From IMG/VR virus record IMGVR_UViG_3300029892_000002: a stretch of 64,000 nucleotides of DNA; one strand, written 5' to 3'. Of this stretch, positions 27,601-37,739 are shown in pieces. Position 1 is the stretch's first letter, and each line of letters opens with the position of its first letter. Position numbers and translations under genes: made by a program. Below the pieces are notes generated by a model, which saw nothing but the letters and a program-made list of their open reading frames with translations, had not been told where the DNA came from and did not search any database. Source of the DNA: a virus.

Positions 27601-30600
27601 CTTGGTGATAACAAAGACAAGATCAATGAATCCGCCAAGAACCTGATAGGAGGTGCTTGGAATTTAGCCAGTCAGATCTACAATGGTATGTTTGATCTGG
27701 TTAAAAACAAAATACCAGCTGGTCTTAGGAACATCTGGGAAAGAGCCAAAGGCTACGGTAAGATGGCAGCCGAGCTCATAGATCAACCAATTGACATTTA
27801 CGTAGTAGGTGAAGCAGAGCCTCGTATCAGAGCGCAGATGATGCGCATGAACGGCTACGTTGATGTAAATACTGGTAAGGTTATAACCAGACCAGGTATG
27901 ATCAACGGACCTGTAGCTACTACGGATGGTAAGGTAGTGTTATCTTCCGATGATATCATGAAAGGTATCGTCGATATGGACGGTAATGAAATCACCACCA
28001 TCCGTGCTCGTGTTATGAAATTCATACGCGATAAAGCTAAGGAAGGTATAGATCGTGCCAAGACAGCATTTAAGTTCATTACTGGAGCTGCCAAAGGTAT
28101 TGGTGGTAAGATTACCGGTAATCTCAAAGGAGTCACTGGTGGTATAGGCGGTGATTGTTGTAGGGATATTTACAATGTCTTGTTAGACATCCGCGACCTA
28201 ACGGCTGCTGGTGTTAATAAATCTAGATTACCAAAAGGTTTCAAATTCAGGTCTTCTGATAAACCTCAAGAAAAAACTGATACTACTGTCTCTGGTCAAG
28301 AAGAGAGCAAAGCTGGTATGGTAGATAAAGCTAAGGAAGATGTAAAATCCAAAGCTGAGGAATATAAAGAGAAGCTAAAAGAACGCAAAGGTGGTTGGTT
28401 AGAACGCCTGGGTTCTTTTAAAGATAAAGCCAAAACAACCCTAGCTAATATAGGCGATCAGATCGAACCTCGTTATCGTGGTACGAACGTCATAGATAAG
28501 CTTGTTGGTTTTGGTGGTATGGCTAAGGATTTCCTTGTTAGTAAATTTAACAAAGGGAAGATTGAAGATGGGGAAACCCCAGAGCAGCAATTAGCCAATA
28601 AGTATTTTGGTAAGAAGAAAGCCAAAGAAAAAACAGGACTTCTGGAAAAGGTTAAAGCCAAGATACCAGAACCTATTAAACAAACAACTGAGGGTGTTAA
28701 GAGACGCGTTGGTAATTGGACCGATCGTCTCAAAGCCAAAGAGGATGCTTCAAAAGAACGTCGTGAAAAGATAGCCGAAAGCCTCAAACCAAAAGAGGTT
28801 GAAGCCCGTTATCGTGGTAAAAATGTTATAGACACGATGATGGAAAAAGCAGCTGCTGCTAAAGATGCCATAATGAGTTTCTTCGACATGGGAGATACTC
28901 TTGGTGATTTACCTGGTGGTAAGAAAGGTAAAAAAGTAGGTAAGGGTGCTAAGGCAGCAGGTAAAGCTGGCACTATGTCTCGTATAGGTGCTGGTCTTGC
29001 TAGAGGAGCGGCTGCTGTTGGTAGTGTAGCCGTTGGTGCTGGTAAAGGACTTCTCACTGTTGGTAGGTTTGCACTACCATTGATGGGCATGATGGGTTCT
29101 GGTTTAGCTTCTGCTGCAGGCACTATAGGTAGCGGTTTACTTACTGCAGCTACATCCCCATTACTACCTATCATAGCTGGAGCAGTAGCTGTTGGTGCTG
29201 TAGGCTATGGCCTCTATAAAGGCTACAAGTACCTCACTAGAAACAATATAATGCCTATTGATAAGATTCGTATGAATCAGTACGGTCTTAATGATAGTCA
29301 AAGCGATCATTATCATTATATCCTTGGACTTGAGCAAATGGTCCAAGAAAAAGCAGAACGCATCAACGGTGGAAATGTAACCGTAGATGGTAGTAAGCTT
29401 AAATGGGAAGATGTGATCGAGATGTTCAATATCAAATTGAACTCAGATCAAGGTAAAGAACAAGCCAGTAAGTTGCAAGAATGGTTCTACGGTAGGTTTA
29501 CTCCTGTCTATGTTCAGAACCGTTCAGCACTCTATGAAGCTGATCCTAAACTTAGGGTTGGTGAATATGGAAAGCTTTCCGGTCAGTCTCTTAAGACCTA
29601 TTTAGCTAAATGTGATGCCCCTAGTGCTGTTTATAGTGCTAAGACATCACCATTCCCAGATATAGAAGAGCTTACTAGTACTAAAGAAGCTGCTCAGAAG
29701 TTGATTAAAGAGTTTACTGATAAAGCAGGTAAGGATGAAAAAGATCCTAAAAAAGCTGCTGCAGCTAAACCAGACCAAGGTAAGACTCAGACTGAAAAGA
29801 GCCTAAAAGAAGCTAGTAAGGCTCTCGAAAAACAAACATCTGCCAGTGCTGCAGGAGCATATGTTGGTGGTAAAGCTATCAGTGACGCTACCAAAGCTGC
29901 TAAAGATGGTGGTCCTGATAGTGAAGCTAAACCAAACCAATCAGTATATTCTACTGATAATAGCATATCTCCAACAAAACCAAAGGTCGATATGGGACCT
30001 CTTGGTAGTGGTGATAGAGCAGATGGGTACATGGTTCTTCAGAAAGGCGTTAGTCTAGATAATCTTAACCCTACCTTGCTGGAAAGACTTAGAGGCATGG
30101 TTCAGGAATATGGAGAAAAGACTGGTAAATCTGTAGTAATCACAGATGGTTTTAGATCTAGAGAACAACAGGAAAGCTTATACAAAGCATATCCTGATAA
30201 GGCAGCTAAACCAGGAACATCGTTGCATGAGTTTGGTTTAGCTGTTGATATAGATCCGAAAGCTATGAACGAGATGGATGAGCTCGGTCTCATGCGCAAA
30301 TATGGTTTCACTAGACCGGTTGGTGGTGAACCATGGCATGCTGAGGCAGCAGGTATCCAATCAAACATCGCTAGAGCTAAGCAAGACAGTTTGTTCGCTG
30401 AACAAATGGTCCAAGCTTCTGCTTATAGAGGTGGTGGTGGATATGGAACTATGTCTGGAGCAGTATTAGCCAGACGTAATCCAAAACTAGCATATGAACT
30501 ATTCATGTCTGAAGATGGCGTAACTGTAAAACAGGAAGAACCAAATACTCCTACTATAGTTGTAGCTGCTAACGATACTCCATCAATAAAGCAGGCATCA

Positions 30601-31866
30601 CTTAAGTCCAGTGAGAAAACACCAGCTCCAGATATGGAAAAGAAACCAGCTGGTGGGTTCATGAAAGCTAGTTACACTAGGGATAGACCGGCAGTTAGTG
30701 ACCAGGTTGCTGCTAACGATGCTAGTTCAACTGGACCTGATGAATCTATAGCTAGTCTTAAACCAGGTGGCGATGTTGGTCTTAAGCCTGGTGGTGGTGT
30801 TGGATTAAAACCACCTAAAGACAGTAGCGTAGATTCCATTAAGTCTATGATCACTGATGTTGCTAATAAAACTGGTGTTGATGCAGGAACTATGCAAACG
30901 TTTGCTGCTATAGAGTCCGGCTTTAAGCCTAACGCTAAAGCATCCACATCTAGTGCAGGTGGTCTCTACCAGTTCATAGATTCAACTTGGAAGTCCATGT
31001 TGAGTAAATATGGGCCTAAGTATGGGCTATCTCCCGATACAAGTAAGTTCGACCCATTAGCTAATTCTCTGATGGGTGCTGAATATATTAAGCAAAATAA
31101 AAAAGCCATGGAGTCGGTTGTTCCTAATCCAGGACCAGACGCACTTTATGCTGCTCACTTCTTAGGACCTGGTGGTGCTAAAACACTCTATAAATCAGAT
31201 CCTAACCAATTAGCTACAAAAACACTACCAGCTGCTGCTAAAGCTAATAAAGCCATTTTCTATGCTGATAATGGACAGAGACCAAAAACCAATGGTGAAG
31301 TTATTTCTACCATTGAAAGTAAGGTATCTACTAAAGCTAAGCAGTTTGGTATTAACATGCCTACTAGTGGTAAGGTTGAAGATAGATTTGATTCAGCTGT
31401 TGAATCTGCTGGTCCTATCGAAACAACTAAACCACCAGAAACTAAACCAGCACAAACAACTGCCGTACCGTCATCTCCTGCAGATGTTCGCAAGGCAACA
31501 AAAACTCCTCCGACCAATGTTGGTACTACACAAACACCAGCACCATTCGGAGTACCAGCTCCATCCACCATACGCACAGCACCAACTATCCAAACTAAGG
31601 ATATGTCTGCTGCAAATACCCCACTGGCATCGTCAAGTGGTGTTATTGATATATTGACTAAGTCTTACGATGTACAAAGCCAGATGCTTTCTGCTTTGAC
31701 TACCATCGCTAAGACCGTCGGTGGTCTTCCTAATTCTATACCTAAACAAGCAGATGAAAAACCATCTGGTCCTAAGGAAGGGATTAAGAGAATACCGAAT
31801 ATGAATAGGGGAAATGGCGAGAAAATGCCAGATATGCCTATCGATCTTCGTCGCAGATCGGCCTAA
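24646..31866 (+). CDS. Giant virion-associated peptidoglycan hydrolase / tape-measure-like protein (phiKZ gp181-like)
   Basis: About 2400 aa. C-terminal lytic transglycosylase (AAIESGF..SAGGLYQF..TW..AAHFLGPGGA). M15 zinc peptidase (GFRS..Q..SLHEFGLAVD..EPWH). Internal S74-like domain. ATG 24646 after AAGGAG. Confidence 0.88.
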   Translation: MALRKGPVGPKDKQKTKAEDFDFDFDFDDELSGITDSGLGIEKEVESKKTKSGKREAVTNAFKGAISGAKDAVLSEKNLRTLVTTALPDEYEVILGKGEEIATQVAGTYQTAVREFKPVAGKFAKVLDKMSTQENATSKKAAAKIRSMFGVEDQSTRVSEAQMQEQAIATSMGEIFNKTIEAQSELQAKQQARQDTKADLDRQVEHKRFTSQYASIGNIERNTGILAQYQTQITSGYQKKSLELQYRSYFAMAELLQKSREHFETTKVSMEALVKNTALPEFVKMQNSERFKEMGRNKLIGALQDKMFGADSTLGRGFAAINKVVKAKSQELASVFMQSLEMAESANEAMSSMAGSGFDMGPEGSKEYMAASIAANMALQNPANRAAAKAGKWLRGKVTKIPGVTDFGKKYYGYAKNTQGMAYDWSKSLEEGEPSFFKDILKSTLDEFAKGKHGVSIETLQGTNNLTNVDVGFDRRFYTSVTDVIPGYLARILVQTEKTAKGIDGMSGGKASMSPELQRYDYKTGKFVRESAMKESIKSRMSEKAKSTNTTSIMNDFMKKVGLDKSLKPDEQKAFQNAVVSWLSMGNPLTLKAATSSEFIRLIPTEQRRKVRRVLETLTENGSRPSKGDPNVSIKSAFDIAGSDLRNSLPNIHAEAQSVYNEGHGDILESLGISQKSGDTGIASIKHQSYADLVTSKAPEESKPEKPSGLSLVDDTATSDVHSKKGIKPYIAKSDIHAKTGIKPTRQGEILDKLTGIKNYTWSYKHGEGSPGTKFGPMAQDLHGKFGSYAAPGGTKVDLVSMNGINMQAISDLNTKVDTMVGTGRTTTTLLDVMQAVEANTLRTAEAVEGLDKKFFMGMNFDMSGAKDQMGVFAQMVGEKAQGVYESTKGKATSAWDNFTSQMSGAKDALTMGPRQPGKETFGQKILNFAQSPSQSLGGAVSRVLAGVLGAGVRAAEKTIDGAKSAYTFTSEKGIKPAYEGIKKYLGDNKDKINESAKNLIGGAWNLASQIYNGMFDLVKNKIPAGLRNIWERAKGYGKMAAELIDQPIDIYVVGEAEPRIRAQMMRMNGYVDVNTGKVITRPGMINGPVATTDGKVVLSSDDIMKGIVDMDGNEITTIRARVMKFIRDKAKEGIDRAKTAFKFITGAAKGIGGKITGNLKGVTGGIGGDCCRDIYNVLLDIRDLTAAGVNKSRLPKGFKFRSSDKPQEKTDTTVSGQEESKAGMVDKAKEDVKSKAEEYKEKLKERKGGWLERLGSFKDKAKTTLANIGDQIEPRYRGTNVIDKLVGFGGMAKDFLVSKFNKGKIEDGETPEQQLANKYFGKKKAKEKTGLLEKVKAKIPEPIKQTTEGVKRRVGNWTDRLKAKEDASKERREKIAESLKPKEVEARYRGKNVIDTMMEKAAAAKDAIMSFFDMGDTLGDLPGGKKGKKVGKGAKAAGKAGTMSRIGAGLARGAAAVGSVAVGAGKGLLTVGRFALPLMGMMGSGLASAAGTIGSGLLTAATSPLLPIIAGAVAVGAVGYGLYKGYKYLTRNNIMPIDKIRMNQYGLNDSQSDHYHYILGLEQMVQEKAERINGGNVTVDGSKLKWEDVIEMFNIKLNSDQGKEQASKLQEWFYGRFTPVYVQNRSALYEADPKLRVGEYGKLSGQSLKTYLAKCDAPSAVYSAKTSPFPDIEELTSTKEAAQKLIKEFTDKAGKDEKDPKKAAAAKPDQGKTQTEKSLKEASKALEKQTSASAAGAYVGGKAISDATKAAKDGGPDSEAKPNQSVYSTDNSISPTKPKVDMGPLGSGDRADGYMVLQKGVSLDNLNPTLLERLRGMVQEYGEKTGKSVVITDGFRSREQQESLYKAYPDKAAKPGTSLHEFGLAVDIDPKAMNEMDELGLMRKYGFTRPVGGEPWHAEAAGIQSNIARAKQDSLFAEQMVQASAYRGGGGYGTMSGAVLARRNPKLAYELFMSEDGVTVKQEEPNTPTIVVAANDTPSIKQASLKSSEKTPAPDMEKKPAGGFMKASYTRDRPAVSDQVAANDASSTGPDESIASLKPGGDVGLKPGGGVGLKPPKDSSVDSIKSMITDVANKTGVDAGTMQTFAAIESGFKPNAKASTSSAGGLYQFIDSTWKSMLSKYGPKYGLSPDTSKFDPLANSLMGAEYIKQNKKAMESVVPNPGPDALYAAHFLGPGGAKTLYKSDPNQLATKTLPAAAKANKAIFYADNGQRPKTNGEVISTIESKVSTKAKQFGINMPTSGKVEDRFDSAVESAGPIETTKPPETKPAQTTAVPSSPADVRKATKTPPTNVGTTQTPAPFGVPAPSTIRTAPTIQTKDMSAANTPLASSSGVIDILTKSYDVQSQMLSALTTIAKTVGGLPNSIPKQADEKPSGPKEGIKRIPNMNRGNGEKMPDMPIDLRRRSA

Positions 31867-31870
31867 TAAA

Positions 31871-31909
31871 TCTACACTCACTAGGGGCTAATTCCCTAGT
31901 GAGTGTAGA
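31871..31909. terminator. Terminator-like hairpin after the gp181-like gene
   Basis: 16-bp perfect inverted repeat TCTACACTCACTAGGG/CCCTAGTGAGTGTAGA. Confidence 0.7.
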
Positions 31910-31944
31910 TCCTCTGAGTGATATATTTCCTAGGAGCCTTATTT

Positions 31945-34164
31945 ATGGCTGAGAATTATCAGATTCCTAATCCACGTGTTGTGGATCACAATGGAACCAG
32001 TTTGATCAAACCATCAGTAGCCAGTGGTCCGTTGCGTACAGATACCATCCTTGACAGAGAATGGGCTAAAGTATCATTCCTGATGTCTGATGTCAGCATG
32101 GCTAACACTGATAGTCAGGATAAGATAGATCAAGCTACTAAAGACGATCTAGCTAATAGGTATTGGTCTTCTGCTACACGTAAGTTCACTGACACACAAA
32201 TGGGCGGTGGTGTTGCTGTTAATAACAGACCACAGTTTACTCCATATTCCGATATCAGAATCATGGGCAGAGCACCAGGTAGAAAGCAGGTTACTAAAGC
32301 CGAACATAGCGGTAATTATGGCATGGGTAGGTATTACAGTGAAGCCATTGATGATAATGCCCAGACTGTCTACCTTAGGTTTGGTGTTCCTCAATATAAC
32401 TCATTGTTCTCATTCTTCAGTAATGCATTTGATCCGTCAATAGCTTCTTTTGTTATGACTGGTAGAGCTCAAACATGGGCTGGGACACTAGCTGAAGCTG
32501 TCGGTACTTTCTTTACAGTAGCTGCATTTCCTGTAATGAGCTTGGCTCTAGTTGGAACTAGATTTATCACCAAGTTCTTTACAAGAGCGACTAGTAAGTT
32601 CTATAGCATGAAACCAACCATGTATCTATATTGGGTTGCGGTCGATATGTTGGTTAATGCCATGGTTGTAAACAGGGGATTGATGCCTAAATTTCTAGGT
32701 GGTGGTGGTAAGACCACACAACGTATCGGTGATCCATTTAGGTATGATGATGAGTTCATCACTGCTATACATAATAGATTTCCGAATATATTCAATGAAC
32801 ACGGTCGTGTTGATATATTCGCTGTAGCACTTAGGGCTCAGTCAACAGCTAATAAAATGTTCCTAACTGAATATGAAGCTCTTAAGAGTGGGGATGCTGA
32901 GAGTTTTGTTGGATATATCAGAAACGACGGTGAACAACTCAAAGAGACTTATTTTGTAAATAATCAAGGTGAGCATAAACTTACAAGTCTTCTCGCTAGA
33001 GCTGCTGCAGCTGTAGTTTGGCTTGGTGTACCAGATCAAGCTAAAGCTACAACAGCAGAAGCGTCTCTTAAAGTAGATCCAGCAACAGGGAAACCAGTAG
33101 CTGGTGCAAGTGATGATCAGTCTAATGGTTCCGAAAGTTACTTTGATCAGTTTAAAGAATACTTACATTCAGAAATATCAGACGGTGCTGCTTTTGCTGT
33201 ATTTAGAGTAGATAGTACTGGAGCTACTTCTGAGTCATTCAGTAACTCTGTGATGGAATCTGATATATCACAGAAGATCAACTCAGGAAGTTCTCAGGCT
33301 AGACAGCTTAACTTTACATTTGCTGGTGGTAACCTTGGTGATGATCCGATCAGTGGTGCTATAGAAGGCATACTTGGTGGTGTTAAGGATATCGTCTCTG
33401 GTGGCTTGCGCGGTCTTACTCTTGGTTTGAGCTCTAGTATTGACGCAGCTTTGTCTGGTAGTTATTTTGACATACCAAAGACATGGCAAAGTTCATCAGC
33501 TAGTTTGCCAAGATCAAACTACACCATGCAGCTTATATGCCCATACGGACATCCGTTTTCACAACTACAGAACCTATATATTCCATTAGCTATGTTGTTA
33601 GCTGGCGCGCTACCAAGATCAACTGGCAAACAGACATATGGACCTCCATTCTTATGCCAGATCTATGACAGAGGACGTTGCCAGATACAACTAGGCATGA
33701 TTGAATCTCTTAGTATATCCAGAGGAACTAGTAATCTTAGTTTCACAAATAAAGGTCAAGCAATGGCCATGGATGTCTCATTTACTGTTGCTGATCTATC
33801 ATCTATCATGCACATGCCGATTGGTACTGGTAGTATTTGGGATCTCATTAAGAATACACTAAATGGAAACCCAGTAGCTGGACCACATATGGATGAAGAT
33901 AATATCCTCATGGATTATATAGCATCTATTACTGGTCTAGATATTTATAACCAAATCTATTCTCTTCCTAGAGCTAGACTAAAGGCAGCTATGGCTTTAG
34001 TAAATGCTCAAAAAGTCTCATCTCCTGCTTGGATGTCTATGGCTCTTCATGATAGCGCAACATCCGGTGTTCTATCGCAGTTAACACTCGGTGGTAGTGC
34101 TGTTCTGTCAGCTGCGCTTGAAGGGGCTTCAAGGGGCAGTGAGATCATTGGTGATAGGATGTAG
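31945..34164 (+). CDS. Virion structural protein (phiKZ gp182-like)
   Basis: About 740 aa. SSATRKFTDTQMGGG..NNRPQFTPYSDIR, GMGRYYSEAID, LAGALPRSTG..Y.PPF, GMIESLSISRG. Syntenic after gp181. Confidence 0.75.
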   Translation: MAENYQIPNPRVVDHNGTSLIKPSVASGPLRTDTILDREWAKVSFLMSDVSMANTDSQDKIDQATKDDLANRYWSSATRKFTDTQMGGGVAVNNRPQFTPYSDIRIMGRAPGRKQVTKAEHSGNYGMGRYYSEAIDDNAQTVYLRFGVPQYNSLFSFFSNAFDPSIASFVMTGRAQTWAGTLAEAVGTFFTVAAFPVMSLALVGTRFITKFFTRATSKFYSMKPTMYLYWVAVDMLVNAMVVNRGLMPKFLGGGGKTTQRIGDPFRYDDEFITAIHNRFPNIFNEHGRVDIFAVALRAQSTANKMFLTEYEALKSGDAESFVGYIRNDGEQLKETYFVNNQGEHKLTSLLARAAAAVVWLGVPDQAKATTAEASLKVDPATGKPVAGASDDQSNGSESYFDQFKEYLHSEISDGAAFAVFRVDSTGATSESFSNSVMESDISQKINSGSSQARQLNFTFAGGNLGDDPISGAIEGILGGVKDIVSGGLRGLTLGLSSSIDAALSGSYFDIPKTWQSSSASLPRSNYTMQLICPYGHPFSQLQNLYIPLAMLLAGALPRSTGKQTYGPPFLCQIYDRGRCQIQLGMIESLSISRGTSNLSFTNKGQAMAMDVSFTVADLSSIMHMPIGTGSIWDLIKNTLNGNPVAGPHMDEDNILMDYIASITGLDIYNQIYSLPRARLKAAMALVNAQKVSSPAWMSMALHDSATSGVLSQLTLGGSAVLSAALEGASRGSEIIGDRM

Positions 34165-34180
34165 TCTATCAGTATACAAA

Positions 34181-34217
34181 ACCCTCCTAGGAGCCCGTAT
34201 AAGGCTCCTAGGAGGGT
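34181..34217. terminator. Bidirectional terminator hairpin
   Basis: 15-bp perfect inverted repeat ACCCTCCTAGGAGCC/GGCTCCTAGGAGGGT between convergent genes. Confidence 0.75.
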
Positions 34218-34226
34218 GTTTAGTAG

Positions 34227-35291
34227 TTAGGTATAGAGGAGCTCAGGACTGCCCATGGGAATCTGTCTAGGAGGCGGATTTACTTTCTTTTGACCTAATG
34301 TCTGTGATAAGAAAGCTACCCCTACTGAAGCTATTGGATTATTCCTACCTATTACACGTCCAGCTGCATTGAGTAGAGTGGTAAAATCATTAGTCTGTGG
34401 GACTCTAGGTCTCTGATACCAGTTAGGATCCATTCTATTCATACCAGAGAACACAGCTGTTCCGTATTGCGGATATTGATTAGGTCTAATGGTTGGTGGT
34501 ATTTGGAAATTACCACGCATGGTATCTGTAATGTTTGGGTATATAGTCCTCACATTACCAGCAACAGATGATGTCATAACATCAAACATACCAGCATGGT
34601 CGTTCTTAGTAATTGACTTCATCATGACATCAGCAGCTAACCTAGTGGTGATGCTTTTATCATTGATGGTATTTGATAAATAGCCTACAGTACCATAGTA
34701 GCCATTATCGTAAGCGGTATCTGTTAATAGACCTAGATCTTTACTGATGGCTATAGCAGCAGCTTGAACCAAACAGTTTTTAGCTAATCTGTTTAACTCT
34801 GATCCAATACCACCCATACCAGGACCACCATAACCACCATAGCCCCAACCATAGATGAGACCACGCAACATACATTTAAGCCACTCATCAAACCCAGTGT
34901 TTAATGTATTAGCCATACCATCGATGATATCATCATAGGTACCGCTATTGAAAACAGATTTGAAAAAATCACCTGTGATCTTACCTGGATTAATACCAGT
35001 GAGTTTTTCTAAGGTAGCTCCCGGTTTTGAGAAAGCCTCAGATAAACCAGGTATTTCTGGCATACCATAACCACCAAACCCACCGAGCATATTGTCAATA
35101 TTAGGAACAGCAATATTCGGTAAGGATGGCATTTTATTGCCAGTAAGGGCGTCTGATAGTGCTGATTGTAGTTCACTTGCTGCTGGTGGTGCGGAGTTGA
35201 GAATTTCATTACTACCAATAGTACTGAAGTCAGTACTCTGGATCATGTTCTCCAGATCACTGATCTTGAATCTAACATGAGAAGTAGTCAT
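34227..35291 (-). CDS. Hypothetical protein with Gly/Tyr-rich segments
   Basis: About 354 aa from ATG 35291 (GAGG RBS); GWGYGGYGGPGMGG stretch. Confidence 0.65.
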   Translation of the reverse strand: MTTSHVRFKISDLENMIQSTDFSTIGSNEILNSAPPAASELQSALSDALTGNKMPSLPNIAVPNIDNMLGGFGGYGMPEIPGLSEAFSKPGATLEKLTGINPGKITGDFFKSVFNSGTYDDIIDGMANTLNTGFDEWLKCMLRGLIYGWGYGGYGGPGMGGIGSELNRLAKNCLVQAAAIAISKDLGLLTDTAYDNGYYGTVGYLSNTINDKSITTRLAADVMMKSITKNDHAGMFDVMTSSVAGNVRTIYPNITDTMRGNFQIPPTIRPNQYPQYGTAVFSGMNRMDPNWYQRPRVPQTNDFTTLLNAAGRVIGRNNPIASVGVAFLSQTLGQKKVNPPPRQIPMGSPELLYT

Positions 35292-35369
35292 ACCAGCCTC
35301 AAATAAAAAATATTCGTCACAGGATCCCACTACCACTGGCAAAAAGCCAATGGTAGTGGTCCCTATTGA

Positions 35370-36257
35370 TTACGGTGCTTCTGGTTGAATATCCATGGCA
35401 ACAGGAGCTGCTTGTTCTGTATTCTCCTGAGGTACAAGTGCTTCATGAATGTTACTGGATGCCTTCAGAAGCGCTGCGGATTCCTTTTCAGCATCATTGA
35501 CTATTTGTTCATATGTCGAAATAGCAACACCAAAGTACTTTGGTTCATCTTCACTTGGATTAAGGATGAGCTCTTTCTCCACATCAGGTACTAGTTGGAA
35601 AGGATAGTTGTTGCCATAAAGCATCTTCATGAAGGGCTCGTACATGTCAGTACCGGGTTCACCAACCTCACGCAGTGCTTCAAAGTTAGGATCGCGCTTT
35701 TCCTTCAATGCTTTACGGATTTCTTCAAATCCATACACCATCCAGGTTGCGTAATAAGGACGCATACGAAGATGCTGGTTCTCCCTGCTGAAGTAATAGC
35801 AGTCAAACGGAAGAGTGGATTTAGTCAGACTAGCACGAAGCTCAGTATGACGGTTGACCTTAAGCCAGCAAGCATCCATGATGATCATCTGCAAGTTAGG
35901 CACGTGACACTTGGTCAGCTTCTTAGCCAGCATGCGCAAACTATGTCCGTTCAGAGAACGCAAGCGATCGTCATGTTCATTCGTAGCGATCCATTGCCAA
36001 AAACCTTCCAAAGAAGAGAAATGACCAAAATGGGGATGATCGATACCAAGATTGGCGCTTTGTGAAAGAGCTTGTCCAAGCACCGTCTCAGAATTCTGAT
36101 AGATGTTGATATGGTCATCACCATCCTTACCCAGTTTCATCGGGGACGGGAGTACAGGAAGATCGATATTTACGCAATCTTTCTTGAATGTAGACTTGAT
36201 AGGACGAAGCTTGGATGCCAGAGCACTTTCGAACTTAGGAGTGAATTGACGAGACAT
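35370..36257 (-). CDS. Conserved jumbo-phage hypothetical protein
   Basis: DG.DHINIY..SETVLG..LS...GHFSSLEGFWQW motif; 295 aa. Confidence 0.7.
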   Translation of the reverse strand: MSRQFTPKFESALASKLRPIKSTFKKDCVNIDLPVLPSPMKLGKDGDDHINIYQNSETVLGQALSQSANLGIDHPHFGHFSSLEGFWQWIATNEHDDRLRSLNGHSLRMLAKKLTKCHVPNLQMIIMDACWLKVNRHTELRASLTKSTLPFDCYYFSRENQHLRMRPYYATWMVYGFEEIRKALKEKRDPNFEALREVGEPGTDMYEPFMKMLYGNNYPFQLVPDVEKELILNPSEDEPKYFGVAISTYEQIVNDAEKESAALLKASSNIHEALVPQENTEQAAPVAMDIQPEAP

Positions 36258-36261
36258 GTTA

Positions 36262-36768
36262 TTAATCCTTGCATGAACTGTGGCAGAGGAAAAGTGCTAC
36301 GAGCCAGAAGTTGCTCGATAACAGCACACGGATGGTGTCCTGATCCATAGCTAAATTGAATTTAACCTGATCAGGCAGGATGGCTGTCTCTTCATTGACA
36401 AATCCAAAACAGACACCTTTAGTCAAAGTTTCTATTAATCTGTTATGCGTGTAGTTATCTAGCCCTGTGAAGATAGAGATTGACGTGGTGATGGAAAACA
36501 CAAATTCTTGGAGAATTGTGCTTCCCATGAACGCATCTTGAATATCTTGGATGGTTCTTGGAGTGAAGAAAAGATGGTCTGGTACATTGACTATATAGCT
36601 CACGAAGGTATTGATGTCCTTGATCATTTCCTTATCAAGACCAGATCCTACCTTATCTAGAACTAATTGTCGTGTATATTCCAGAATCTCCAGATATTCA
36701 TCACGATTGAGTACAGTTGATCTATTACTAATACCAGGATCACTCTGAGTCTGAAGATTCTTCATCAT
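36262..36768 (-). CDS. Hypothetical protein
   Basis: 168 aa in a tightly packed operon. Confidence 0.7.
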   Translation of the reverse strand: MMKNLQTQSDPGISNRSTVLNRDEYLEILEYTRQLVLDKVGSGLDKEMIKDINTFVSYIVNVPDHLFFTPRTIQDIQDAFMGSTILQEFVFSITTSISIFTGLDNYTHNRLIETLTKGVCFGFVNEETAILPDQVKFNLAMDQDTIRVLLSSNFWLVALFLCHSSCKD

Positions 36769-37147
36769 CGAGTATCTCCTCCTGTAGATTGATCATTTTA
36801 CTAACTTCCACAACTTTGTTAGTTGGATCAAAAGCCCTGATGGTAATTTCGAACCTAGTCACGTTCAATACTCTCATCCCCTTAACAAAAACACGCCAAG
36901 TGATCCTATCAGCCATCAGCTCTTTATACAGAGAAGCTTTAAGACTGGTCCTATCTTTGACGTTGCTTGCTTCACGATAAGTACGTTGGATATACCTAAC
37001 CAGCATCTTTTCGAAGCTATGAAGAGGTATATTCGCAACCCAAAGTAGCGCACGATACATCGACGCCAGGATACTATCACTATCCCCTGCCGATATCTGT
37101 TCGCCGTATGGTAAGGTTTTCTTAATCTTACTCAATAGCTTCCTCAT
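36740..37147 (-). CDS. Conserved phiKZ-like hypothetical protein
   Basis: 135 aa; ITWRVFVKGMRVL motif. Confidence 0.7.
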   Translation of the reverse strand: MRKLLSKIKKTLPYGEQISAGDSDSILASMYRALLWVANIPLHSFEKMLVRYIQRTYREASNVKDRTSLKASLYKELMADRITWRVFVKGMRVLNVTRFEITIRAFDPTNKVVEVSKMINLQEEILDDEESSDSE

Positions 37148-37174
37148 TACTAAGTAGAGGAGCCATAGATATAG

Positions 37175-37693
37175 CTATCCTCTAGGTTTAATTACTAGAC
37201 GCTTTGACATTTGAAGTGCATGTATGAATTCGATTATAGTCATTAGGGAGCTCGTAAACCTGCCAACTATTTGTCGATTTCGTTCAGTTACTTCATCATT
37301 GGGACCATCTAGACTTTTGAAGAACTCAAGACTAGTTGATCTAAATAAGTCAAATGTCTCTCCTAAGTGCAATGACAATCCTTTTTCACTAACTAGGAAG
37401 TCTTGCAAGTGTATTACTCTTATCTCTTGATTGAATTGATATGCCTGAAGAGATGATTTCCTTTCACTGCTTTCTATAAATGAACGCATCCTAGCGATGT
37501 ATATTTCGATATTATCGAACATCACAGGTAGTCGTTCTGTGGAGTATTCAGCTGAATATAGCTGCTGAAATTGGTACCTATCCAGATCTCCTAGTGAATT
37601 TATACATATATCTACTGGAGAAGGGTGTTTTTTAAAACGCTCAAAGAAGGTAGCTAGAAATCCCAATGGAGCTCCTTTCAATTGTTGCACCAT
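37175..37693 (-). CDS. Hypothetical protein
   Basis: 172-aa ORF in the operon. Confidence 0.65.
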   Translation of the reverse strand: MVQQLKGAPLGFLATFFERFKKHPSPVDICINSLGDLDRYQFQQLYSAEYSTERLPVMFDNIEIYIARMRSFIESSERKSSLQAYQFNQEIRVIHLQDFLVSEKGLSLHLGETFDLFRSTSLEFFKSLDGPNDEVTERNRQIVGRFTSSLMTIIEFIHALQMSKRLVIKPRG

Positions 37694-37739
37694 GTACTAA
37701 ATATGGTGTTAAATTCATATCCATTATTGAGGAGGACAG

